A stretch of DNA of 64,000 nt, from the NCBI GenBank assembly GCA_002269645.1, contig NIVC01002857.1, forward strand, positions 62,001-126,000, given 5' to 3'. Of this stretch, positions 1-10,882 are shown piece after piece. The number at the start of each line of letters is the position of its first letter. Position 1 is the stretch's first letter. The notes beneath the pieces were generated by a model. It was not told where the DNA came from. It searched no databases and saw only the letters and a list, made by a program, of their open reading frames with translations. This stretch comes from Macrostomum lignano (lineage: Eukaryota). The position numbers and the translations under genes were made by a program.

Positions 1-610
1 GACGGCGCAACAGGTCGCCTGGACAGACCAGGCCGGCGCGGTGATACAAAAAGCCGCGTTGGTGACTCGCTCGTCGCCGATCTTGAAGGCGGAGCGCAGA
101 AGGTCAGCATGCCGCGTCAACTTGTTGCTCGAGCCAATCCGTCCAGGTCTCGGCGTTGTACAGCAGGACGGTCTCGATCAACGCCTGGAACAACGCCGCC
201 CTCTGGCGGTCAGGTAAGGCCTCGGAATGCAGGCTGCCCTCACAGAACGAAAGGCAGCCCAGGCAAGCCCGCGGCGACGCCGCAAATCCTCGCGGACGCC
301 GGGAACCAGACCGCCGAGGTAGACAAACTGCTGACAACGCGGAAGCCACATCGCCTGTCCATCAGCGCCTCGGCACAAAATCGCAGCCTCGATGTCGTCC
401 GGCACGCAGAGCACGACGGTTTTTTGCGTGTTGACGCAAAAACTAGCGTCTCCAGTTGTCGCTGGGCGCCCTCGACAGTTGAAGACAGCAGGGCGAGATC
501 GTCGGCGTAGCCAAGCACACTAAGCCGCCTCACCGGTTGACGTCGACCCACGCATCGCCGTCGTCGTTGTTAGGAAGAGCGATCCGCAGCATCCAGTCAA
601 GCACCCGGTC
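1..610 (-). mobile_element. Degenerate non-LTR retrotransposon reverse transcriptase fragment (RTE/L2-like), frameshifted, runs off the window edge
   Basis: Minus-strand pieces in successive frames read VLDWMLRIALP, LGYADDLALLS (RT YADD motif), FVYLGG...DLRRRRGLAWAAF and ALIETVLLYNAETWT, all typical of LINE RT domains and their C-terminal region. At least two frameshifts. Confidence 0.85.
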
Positions 611-1202
611 TTCTGAGTTATACTCAGAATAATAACGCTAAAAAACGAAAGAATCGTGTTTGCCCCTTTCTCCTTCTGAGTATAACGTGTGTGTCATTTA
701 ATGTGCATTTTCAAGACCAACTCGATTTACCAGCATGTACTGCTCATAGATTTCGACCTTATTTTGCCACTTACTAGAGATTCTTTTACTCGCTCTACAA
801 TTTTTCTTATCGAATCGCTCGACTAATGGTGCGTTCAATTTGTTTTCCAGTTTAACCACCTTATCAGCATAGCATTTGGAATAATTCACATCGACTTCAC
901 TTAATCCTCTGGAAAAAAATAACAAAATTTATTGCACATAATTTATGCCTAATCCTAAATTCCTTAGCATTATCTGGTCTCTGCGTCCATGACGTCATTG
1001 TTTTAAAGAATGGAAAATCGCTACAGAAAATTCATGGGAAATAGGAACCTGTAATTTTCTCTCAGCCCAATTACGAGCGTATATCGCCTACTTAAACAGA
1101 GGTAAGTATGGTGCCATTATTTTACAGCTGCTCAAAGGTATAGTTCAATCGTTACCCCATAGTTAATAAGTACAATACAACTTTGTCGCCTGAAAACACG
1201 CC

Positions 1203-2668
1203 ATGCGACAAAGCATTCTGCTGCTGCTTCTGGGCCTCTGCGTCTGCTCAATCTACTCTAGTGAGGAGAGCACCTTCAGAGAAGTCTGCTACGTTGGACT
1301 GGGCTGCTTCAGCACCCGAGGGAACTTCTATGATTCCGTCAACCGACCGATTCAGGTGCTGCCGCAGGATCCCGACAGAATTCGACCGACCTTTGCCCTG
1401 TACACCAGGCGCAATGTCAACACTGCTCAGAACCTGGTCTACAACAACAGGGACAGCGTGAGTAAATCCAACTTCAGGTCTAATGTGCCAACAAAGATCG
1501 TTATTCACGGATTCACTGGCAACGGTAACTCTGATTGGAACCAATCGATGAAGCGCGCCCTGTTAAACGAAGGCGACTACAATGTGATTCAGCTGGACTG
1601 GAGTCGGGGCAGTGGCTTTCCATTCACGCAAGTAAGTACTGGACAAAGTCCTTTATCGCATGCATATTGAACAATCCTTCGTGAAGAAAACTTCTCTCAA
1701 GTTTAAATTAATTAGAGCAACTAAAAACAACCAACCCTCTGAAGGCTACGGCGAACACCCGTGTCGTCGGCGCCCTCGTCGCCCAGTTCATCGTCTGGCT
1801 GGAGTCGAACTTTGGCGCCAACCGGGAGAACTTCCACCTCATCGGCCACAGCCTAGGTGCTCACGTTTCCGGCTACGCAGGCGAACGATTGAACACCAGA
1901 AACAAGAAGCTGGGCCGCATCTCCGGATTGGATCCAGCCGGACCCTACTTCGAGAACACTCATCCGGAGGTTCGACTCGATCCAACTGATGCTCGGTTCG
2001 TTGACGCGATCCACACCGACGGAGACAGCACGTTGAGCATCATCAAACTTTCGGGCGGGTTCGGTCTGATGCAGCCGGTGGGACACGTGGACTTCTACCC
2101 GAACGGAGGCAAGTCGCAGCCAAACTGCAACGAACCGCCCAGCGGAAGTGTCGGCGGCATCATCGGCGGCACAGTCTGGCGCATGACCTGCAGTCACAAC
2201 CGTGTGCAACAGGTTATGGTCAGCACAATTCTCAATCCACGGAAGAACTACCGGGTAAGCATCGTCGAGTCACGATAAGAAGATTTTATGCTATACGCCT
2301 GTGGCTTGCGTTGATCGACCTTATTTGCCGAAGTGTTATTCGAACTAACTAAATAGAAGCAAGACTGCAATGGTCAAAAAACCGCCCCATCTGCAGGCCT
2401 ACCCGTGCTCCAGCTACGAGGACTTCAAGGCTGGAAGGTGCAGGACCTGCGGCACCACTGGCTGCGCCAGCATGGGCATGCGGGCCGGTGAGTGGAATCC
2501 CAACGGCCGGGTGAACGTGAAGATGTTCTTGGACACGGCCGGCACTGCGCCATTCGCGAGTGAGTAGGGTTGTGTGTGAGATGAGATATGAGATAGCATG
2601 AGATAATGAGATAACATGGGTTTGCTGACAAATTTGAAAACTCTACTCCTTGTGCAGGTCTGGAATAG
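1203..2668 (+). CDS. Secreted pancreatic-lipase / phospholipase A1 family enzyme, about 370 aa, without a C-terminal PLAT domain
   Basis: Exons 1203-1631, 1745-2254, 2397-2559 and 2658-2668 join in frame via GT-AG sites. Signal peptide [15 protein letters not shown]; IVIHGF; GHSLG (Ser), GLDPAGP (Asp), CSHNR (His); DFYPNGG-QPNC lid. Confidence 0.93.
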
Positions 2669-2931
2669 CGGTACAACGTTAATTTTCAAACTTCTCGGAG
2701 GATGAAACAATCGCGCAATGCAGCTTCTTCAGGTTTTAAAAGTTAGTGCTATTAAATTCTGGAAATAAATTGAAGTAGATTCGAGAAAATTTCAAGTTTC
2801 TACTATCATAGATGATGAAAATGTACACGCCAGTTGAGTAATGATTAAAACAAAGATTTGCTTTTCTCGTTCTTTTTAAATTAGGTGCACGTAGTCTTTT
2901 GCTCGTGTAAGCACGCCTGCTTTGGCATTAA

Positions 2932-5900
2932 CAGTAGAAAGACCACGCCATTTTTCCACATGGGGAAAGACCACGGTGGTGTATTACAAATACACACAAT
3001 CAATTTCACGATAGCTCGCAAACCGATTACCGATTTTCGTAAAAGTCCACCATATGGATCAAAATTTTCCGCCCTTTCCGACGAACTAACCTTCAAAGTC
3101 ATCCGACGTCAGCATCGTCAAGATATTCAACGATTCCTGTCGAAGACACTGGTGGCAAGGACAACCAACACTACACTGTATAAACCTTTATGATGAATCC
3201 ATATTGGCTCAATAATTTGGGTCCATCTGTCGTAAAGGCCTTTGTTCTCAGCATCCTAGGCACCAGAGTCCCCTTCATCACCGTCTAAAGCATCGGCGGC
3301 GACCATCGCGACCTTCAACAAAAGCACCCGATCGGTATCTCAGAGACGGCTGCGTTCCCAAAACTGAAGTGGAAGAATCCTCTTCTGCATGCAGCATTCA
3401 GTCAGTAGACATAATCGGTGAATGAAATGGACGATGGCGACCCTCTAGGCTGACCTGTAGGCATACAGGCGACCTTCGGAACCTTCAACGGAGTGCCACC
3501 ACGCGGCCCCGACGATCTGGCACCCCCAACATCGTTATTTTTTTAACGATGGCATGTCTGCGTATTATACAATGGTCCTGTTCCATGTTCAGCATTCAGC
3601 TCTGTCTGGACGACCTTCGGGACCTTCAACGGAGTGCCACCACGCGGCCCTGACGAGCTGGCATCGCCAACATCGTGATTTTTTAATCAAGGCACCAAAC
3701 CAGACAGGTCTGCGTATTATACAGTGCTTTTGCACCATGTAAAATCGGGGAGTTACAGATTTAATTGGCGACCGAAAAATATAAAATATTTAATTCGTCA
3801 AAAATTATTGATTTTACAGCAAATGATGATATTACAGCAAATTCAGAGCAGAAGGATCTGAACACCGACACATAGACACAAAAGCGGAGTCAATCGTCAC
3901 TATTTAATTTGGTGCACAACGTGCGCAGTAATGGTGACTCACTGTCTCTTCCATCGCAGTGTGTCTTCGGCAAATTCCTTCGTCACACATGCAACAATTC
4001 CTTAGTAAGTTGTCGCACTCAAGGCACGCTTCTCGTCCTTTGAATTTTGTCTCGCGCAAGTTGCACAGCGCTTTCTGCCACCAACTGACACCACAGCCAC
4101 CGCTTCGCGTGCCTGTTCCTTCATTTGCTCGTCGTTGATTTGACAACCTGCGAGCTGGAACATCAGCCGGTGATGATTGGACAGATTCTGAAGAAGAGCG
4201 GCCGATTGCGAGCGCTCCTCGATCAGAGGTTGCAGAAGTTGCGCAGCTGCCTTGCGCTGGAGCTCGTTGCGATAGTTCGGCGAGGCGCAGAGCTCCGGGT
4301 GCGCCAGTCTCCAAATAGCAGCGGCATTCACAGCTGCTATGTTGAGTATGCTGCCGAAGATTGCCTTCTCGCATGAGTCGGACTTTCGCTTGCAGTCGGA
4401 TGTGTTGCAGGTGTCCGTGCCACTCTTGGTAGAGTTGTAGTACGTGCCTATTGATACAGGCTTGCCATTGGGAAGCAATTGTCTGTCGTGATGCATGGTT
4501 GACAGCAACATCACGTTTCGGCCCGCCTTGGCAGTAGGACACACGTGTGAGCTCCTTAGAAAACCGGAATTCGCTCGTGTGTGGAGCCATGGTTTGAGTT
4601 GAATTCTTGAGATCGGCTGGCAGGCCACCACGAGTGCGCATCACTGTTCCAAGAAACGTGAATCCCATTTCCTGTACCAGTGTCATCTGAATGGATCAGC
4701 CAAGCGGCAAACAACTTGCTCACCAATCTCCACACCTCTGAGCCCTCGGCCAGCCGAGCATCGGATTCCTGTGATGCAAAAGTAGTGGAAGGCAGTGTTC
4801 CTTTGCCAGTGCAGATTTCCGCATTGAACACATAGCGGATGTCCATGTCATCCTGAATCTCTGAATTCCCAGCCGATGTCAGCAGGAACAGCTTGGCACC
4901 TTTGCGACTGGGCTTCTCCTCAGAAAGACCGTGAAGTCACAGTTCACACCCCAGTAGACAACCAGAGTTTCGTCGATGCAGAGGTACGGCCCGGAAAGAA
5001 CAGGATGGCGCAGCTGACTGACAAAGGTGTCCCACAGACGTCGGATGCCGTAGAGTTTGTCCGTTGCGGCACTCCGCTGACGATGTTCGGCAGTTTCGAA
5101 TTTAACATGGTGCAAAAGCACTGTATAATACGCAGACCTGTCTGGTTTGGTGCCTTGATTAAAAAATCACGATGTTGGCGATGCCAGCTCGTCAGGGCCG
5201 CGTGGTGGCACTCCGTTGAAGGTCCCGAAGGTCGTCCAGACAGAGCTGAATGCTGAACATGGAACAGGACCATTGTATAATACGCAGACATGCCATCGTT
5301 AAAAAAATAACGATGTTGGGGGTGCCAGATCGTCGGGGCCGCGTGGTGGCACTCCGTTGAAGGTTCCGAAGGTCGCCTGTATGCCTACAGGTCAGCCTAG
5401 AGGGTCGCCATCGTCCATTTCATTCACCGATTATGTCTACTGACTGAATGCTGCATGCAGAAGAGGATTCTTCCACTTCAGTTTTGGGAACGCAGCCGTC
5501 TCTGAGATACCGATCGGGTGCTTTTGTTGAAGGTCCCGAAGGTCGCCTGTATGTCTACAGGTCAGCCTAGAGGGTCGCCATCGTCCATTTCATTCACCGA
5601 TTATGTCTACTGGCTGAATGCTGCATGCAGAAGAGGATTCTTCTACTTCAGTTTTGGGAACGCAGCCGTCTCTGAGATACCGATCGGGTGCTTTTGTTGA
5701 AGGTCCCGATGGTCGCCGCCGATGCTTTAGACGGTGATGAAGGGGACTCTGGTGCCTAGGATACTGAGAGCAAAAGTCCCTGCGACTGATATGCATAGTT
5801 TTTTGAGTTGATGTGGTTTCATGATGAGATTTTGTGAGCAGATAATTTTTGCCAATGTTGGTGCTTCTTGCCACCAGACACCCCGAGGAGAATCGTTGAA

Positions 5901-6067
5901 TATCTCGATGATGCCGATTTTTCGTGATTTCGAAGTCGCTTCATCGAATAGAGCGGAAAATTTTAGCCCGTGTTCTGGATTTTCATGGCAATAGGTTGAA
6001 TATTTTTGGAGATACAGGCAAAGGAAAATGTGTGTATTTGAAATACACCCCCATGATCTTTCTACTG
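2932..6067 (-). mobile_element. Defective piggyBac-superfamily DNA transposon with very long inverted arms
   Basis: TTAA at 2928-2931 and 6068-6071 flanks termini CAGTAGAAAGA...TCTTTCTACTG. Minus-strand transposase fragments between about 5120 and 3904: DKLYGIRRLWDTF, YLCIDETLV, GFTFLGTVMRTRGGLP, NVMLLSTMH, YYNSTKSGTD and a C-terminal Cys-rich domain. Frameshifted, with N-terminal and internal deletions. Confidence 0.9.
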
Positions 6068-6189
6068 TTAATTGGAAAGAGTTAAAAGTTAACGAAATAA
6101 TGATGCATAGGAAATATCGCAACAGAATGAAGCTTCTTGCTCATTATATTAGTATATTCCTTATACCACACGCTCACACCAAGATTTCA

Positions 6190-6420
6190 GCTTTCAGTTT
6201 TAAGTGCCTTCGATATAAAACAGGCACGCACTCATATACACAATCAAACAGTGGCTCCGACTTTCTAATCATCAGGTGTGTCTTTGGGCTTGGTCCTCAC
6301 GGGTGTTAATTGCACCAATTTTCGTGCCAATTAAATGTGGTTTTCTCAAATGTGGAATCGAACCAGGGGTGGTATGGCGCGAGAGCCATTCTTATCAACC
6401 ATTGAGTTGCTCTGCCCCTT
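6190..6420 (-). mobile_element. Old, diverged tRNA-headed SINE copy, probably related to the 19962/23493 family
   Basis: Minus strand reads AACTCAATGG (A-box-like) and GGTTCGATTCC (B box), followed by CACATTTAATTGG...GTGCAATTAA, which resembles the body of the SINE at 19962. Confidence 0.45.
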
Positions 6421-6997
6421 TGATCATCTCCTATACATTGTTAATACTTTCTTAATTGACGGGGCTTCTTATGCTTGATGAATCACAAATCTGTGCATAA
6501 AAAGCGTAAGGTCCGTTATTACATTCACATGTTTCTTATACTCGTACGCAACACAAACGAAACGCTGACTTAAAGGCTTAAAAGTACCCAGCGTGCGCAT
6601 TTCGTTTGTGCACATCTCCTCCCCTCTGCTCCTCGTTTCCCCCTAGCTTTAGTCAGTCGCCACCCAATCGCTGGAGTTCTTTCCATCCATTTTAGCCACA
6701 GCTGCCCGACTGGACTATCGCGTTTCGTCTTCCGTCCCCTTAAGCCCTCCAGCCAGCGTCCTGAAAATGCATCGCTTTCTGCGGGACGTCAGACAGCCAC
6801 CCTTTTCGTCTGCCACGTCCCTCTATTTTCCCAGATAATTGCTAGCGGCCGAAAACAGCTACATGCGGTTGCCTCGGCGTCTCGCTGTGCCAAAATAGAG
6901 CCGAAAAAGAAATGAAGAATCCAGAAATAGTTTGCTAACAGTCGGAAAAATCGCTGCAGGAAACATGCGAAAAGTACTAGAAACAACAACAGCAGAA

Positions 6998-7772
6998 ATG
7001 ACATCAGTTGTATTGTACCTTCTGCTTTTGATTGCAATAATGCCAACCAAGTCTTTGGCGTCTACGCAAGTCTCACAGTGCAATTATCCACTGGCGCAGC
7101 AGCACTTCAGCCTGGAAACCACCGGACTCGACGGTTGTCACCGACTCGACAGCATAACCAGGATTTTTGGCGAGGCTAACGGCGCAGATTTCAACGATCG
7201 ATTCGTTGCCACCCGATTTGCGACGGCCAATCTGGTCTTTGTTGGTCGAGTCCTACCGCCAACCAAGACCGGTGACAGCAGCGGTGACGACTCTGCACGG
7301 GTGGAGCCTGAATGCTTTCTGAAAGGCCGACTGTTCTATGGTCAGCCAGTCCTACTGACCGGCCTACGCCAGTCTTTGTCCAACTCAGTTTGTCGAGACA
7401 GTCGTCTTCGACCGCGTCAACGAGCCATCTTCTTCGCCACCGCGTTGGCAGCCTCTGGGTCGTCCTCATCATCGTTGGAAATTCGATTGAACGAGAACGG
7501 CGTTGAGTCAGACGTCAACCGAACGCTCGATTGGTTGCGTTGCAAGGATAACAAAGATTTCTATGAAAAGTCCAGTAGTGACTACTCGTGCTGGATGACG
7601 GCTGATCCTCCGTCAGCTGCCTGCAACGGAGTCAGCCTGCCAATAGCAATGCGCCTGTTGGAGCAGCTGTCTACCGGCGTCACCGATCTCAGGCCCGAGT
7701 GTCGAGGTGCTTCGCTGCATCGGGTTCCGTTCGAATTGGCCAATATGCGTTTGGGCCCATCTGCTGCCGCTG
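6998..7772 (+). CDS. First coding exon of a secreted protein with an NtA (agrin N-terminal)/TIMP-like OB-fold domain; downstream exons uncertain
   Basis: MTSVVLYLLLLIAIMPTKSLA signal peptide. ANLVFVGRV...ARVEPECFLKG...VLLTGL...VC...RAIFF...EIRLN resembles the agrin NtA pattern (NVVLTGTV...YLKG...VISGF...C...RIFF). Phase-1 donor G|GTAAGT at 7773. A candidate phase-1 exon lies at 8459-8635. Confidence 0.65.
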
Positions 7773-9842
7773 GTAAGTTTTTCAGCAGTAGCGCTTAGCA
7801 TGTGTTTGGCACCGATTTGATTGTTGCCTGGCAACATGACTGAATTCGAAGGAAGTCTAGAAAGTGAGGAAGATTTTGACCGAAAAGTTGGACGATTGAT
7901 TCCAAAGACGGATTAGAAAGTCCGTGTTCGAAAATCGTCCAGCACTGAATGGAACTTCGCCACCATCCAGCATACACTGCTGCAGTCCTGGACTAGGTTT
8001 CGCGATTTCCTACTCTCTGTAACATCCATTTCGGCATTTGCATACAATAAACTCGGATCAATGCTTCCGATAAGAAAAGTCAATGGCGCTAGCCTCGCCA
8101 GTGTGTGACAAGTATGAGAACTTAGTCGATAAGACACTGTGACACCCAATTTATCACCAATCAAGAGCAACTATCTCTACTGAATGACGTAGATGTACTT
8201 AAATGATGTATACAGTTGTTTTAGATAAACAGTGACCCGTTTAATGCCAACATCGAAAGCCGTTACGCTAAACTCAAGGAAGTTCTTTTTTCGACACGAC
8301 ATCAAACTCGATTAAGAGTCGAAACTATATTTATTCCAGTTGACCTACCTCCAACCCGAGGCTTCGTCCCAAAGGAACAAAGGAATCAAGAATATTCCTC
8401 ATAGAATTCAAAGTCAATTTGGAAATCTAATTAATGACATTTTCTGTTCACAAAGCAGGCAGTGAAGCCTGCCCTGCGCCCCACTTCAAGTCGCCACCGA
8501 CTGATGCCGTCTTGAATGAACCGAAGCACGAAGCCGCTCTTGGCCTGATGGGATCCGAGGTTCAGATTTTTCCCAACGGGAAATTTACCCCCAGCTCATC
8601 TAGAATTCAATTCCAAAGCCACGGAGAGCTGAGAGGTTTGGGGGGCCACTTATGTGCAACTGGGGCCAGGGGCTCAGGACTATGAATTGCAGCTTTTTTA
8701 GCTTGGCACGTTGATATTGCAGATCAATAATATGATATGCAAATTTGCCGCTTCACCCTTAAAAATTTCTCCTATATGCAACTTTCTTTTGTCGTTCTTT
8801 ATTAATATTTTTGGGCAGATTCACTGTAGCTACGAGTCTCCACGGGACCCATCTGGAAGACTTTTTTTGGAGGGGGAGTAATGCCAGGATTGCAGTGAAT
8901 TGATGGCTAGCATAAAAAACCAACGTCAAGCTTATATTAGGAAGATGCTGAGCGATTACGTAATCTCTCTTGCTCTTTCTCGCTCTCTCGGCCGTCTCGG
9001 CGAGGACATTGATGCATTGCCGAATAGTGATGGCATCCACCATCCACCGCGCTGACTCCGCTAAATTAAATATTGACTTTACCGTTCGATTCCTCTCTGC
9101 TAAACCTTTGCGAGATTGACTTCCCACCGTCCGCAGGAGGACTGTTTGACTAAGGACTTGCCTATCAAGTTATTTGTTCTGTTGTTTTCGGGATTCTGGG
9201 CACAGCTAGGAAATTCTAGATGGAGATGGCAACCATCTACTTTCGACCTCTCTCATTTTTTTCGACTTTTGGACATAAAAAAACGACAACAACTCCATTT
9301 CTCTACTCTTATTCTTCAACTGCTCCAAGTCCTTCATTTCCTCACTGACCCGAGATGACCCCACAGGCGGGAGAGAGAGAGCGAGAGAAGGTGGGTTGAA
9401 GGCTCAAAGTGAATAGCAATTCTCGCCCACAGTCCTCCCCCCTCTTCTCATTTTTACTGCAGCACCTCTTCTTCTCTCTGTGTATCTTCTTCTTTTAGTT
9501 GTCACGCCCCTCCAGCCGCCCAGTCTGCTGTCACACGCACGCGCGCCTGTCGGCCTCTCTGCTTCCTAGAAGGGAAAAGATCCCTATCCAAGCATTCTCG
9601 TTTCTCTGTAGCTATATTGAAGCACGCAGGCACCCCAGCCCAGCTGCCACAGAAACCCCCTGACCAGATGCTTTATCGCCTAAGAGGGTTTCTGCTGCTT
9701 GGGTGCAAAGTGAGCAGCCTGTGATGGAGTACAGTACAGCCTCCAGCCATTACATAAATTATGGATATCTAGAGCTTTCCTTCTAGTTGCATGTGGAATA
9801 TCTACTCATCAGAGCTTTACTCTAGGGCTATCTCTACAGTCA

Positions 9843-9873
9843 GTTAGTTAGTTATTTAGTTAATTAATTAGTA

Positions 9874-9923
<50 letters not shown>
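9843..9923. repeat. (TTAG)n microsatellite
   Basis: Direct reading of the sequence. Confidence 0.95.
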
Positions 9924-10307
9924 CTAGTTTGTGTGCTGCTCAGAAAAGCTGGAAAGTACGCGTTACAAAACGACTCCCTGAAATACCCTGGATGAACACT
10001 TATTTTGCTTTTAGCTCGTAAAGAACATTCGGGTTCTTTCGTTAAAGCACAACAACAAGTAAACGGAGTTGAAAGGGCAGACTGTCTTTTGAAAACGCCA
10101 TTTTCCTTCTTCTGCTTCTAAAAGAGCTTTTAGACTGATTAGCTTTCAGAAAAAGCTTCTGCAATGGGCAGTCAAGAAGGGACGCATTCGAGCTGTCTTA
10201 AACAGACCTTTTTGTACCCAACGCCTGCTCTAATCTAATAGCTTGGCATCTATTGCAGTCACAGTTGTGGACAGGAAGTATAGTAGGAGACGGAAACAGG
10301 GCCGGGC

Positions 10308-10882
<575 letters not shown>

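Noticed and set aside
3554-3742. Identical ORF (MSAYYTMVLFHV...) on opposite strands at 3554-3742 and 4944-5291
   Set aside because: This is a by-product of the inverted arms of the piggyBac element and has no recognisable protein features.
9460-9570. Strong acceptor followed by a hydrophobic ORF tail as a last exon for the NtA gene
   Set aside because: It is phase-compatible but lies in pyrimidine-rich low-complexity DNA, where such matches arise by chance; transcript data are needed.
9843-9923. Possible interstitial telomere
   Set aside because: The unit is TTAG, not TTAGGG or TTAGG; it is an ordinary microsatellite.
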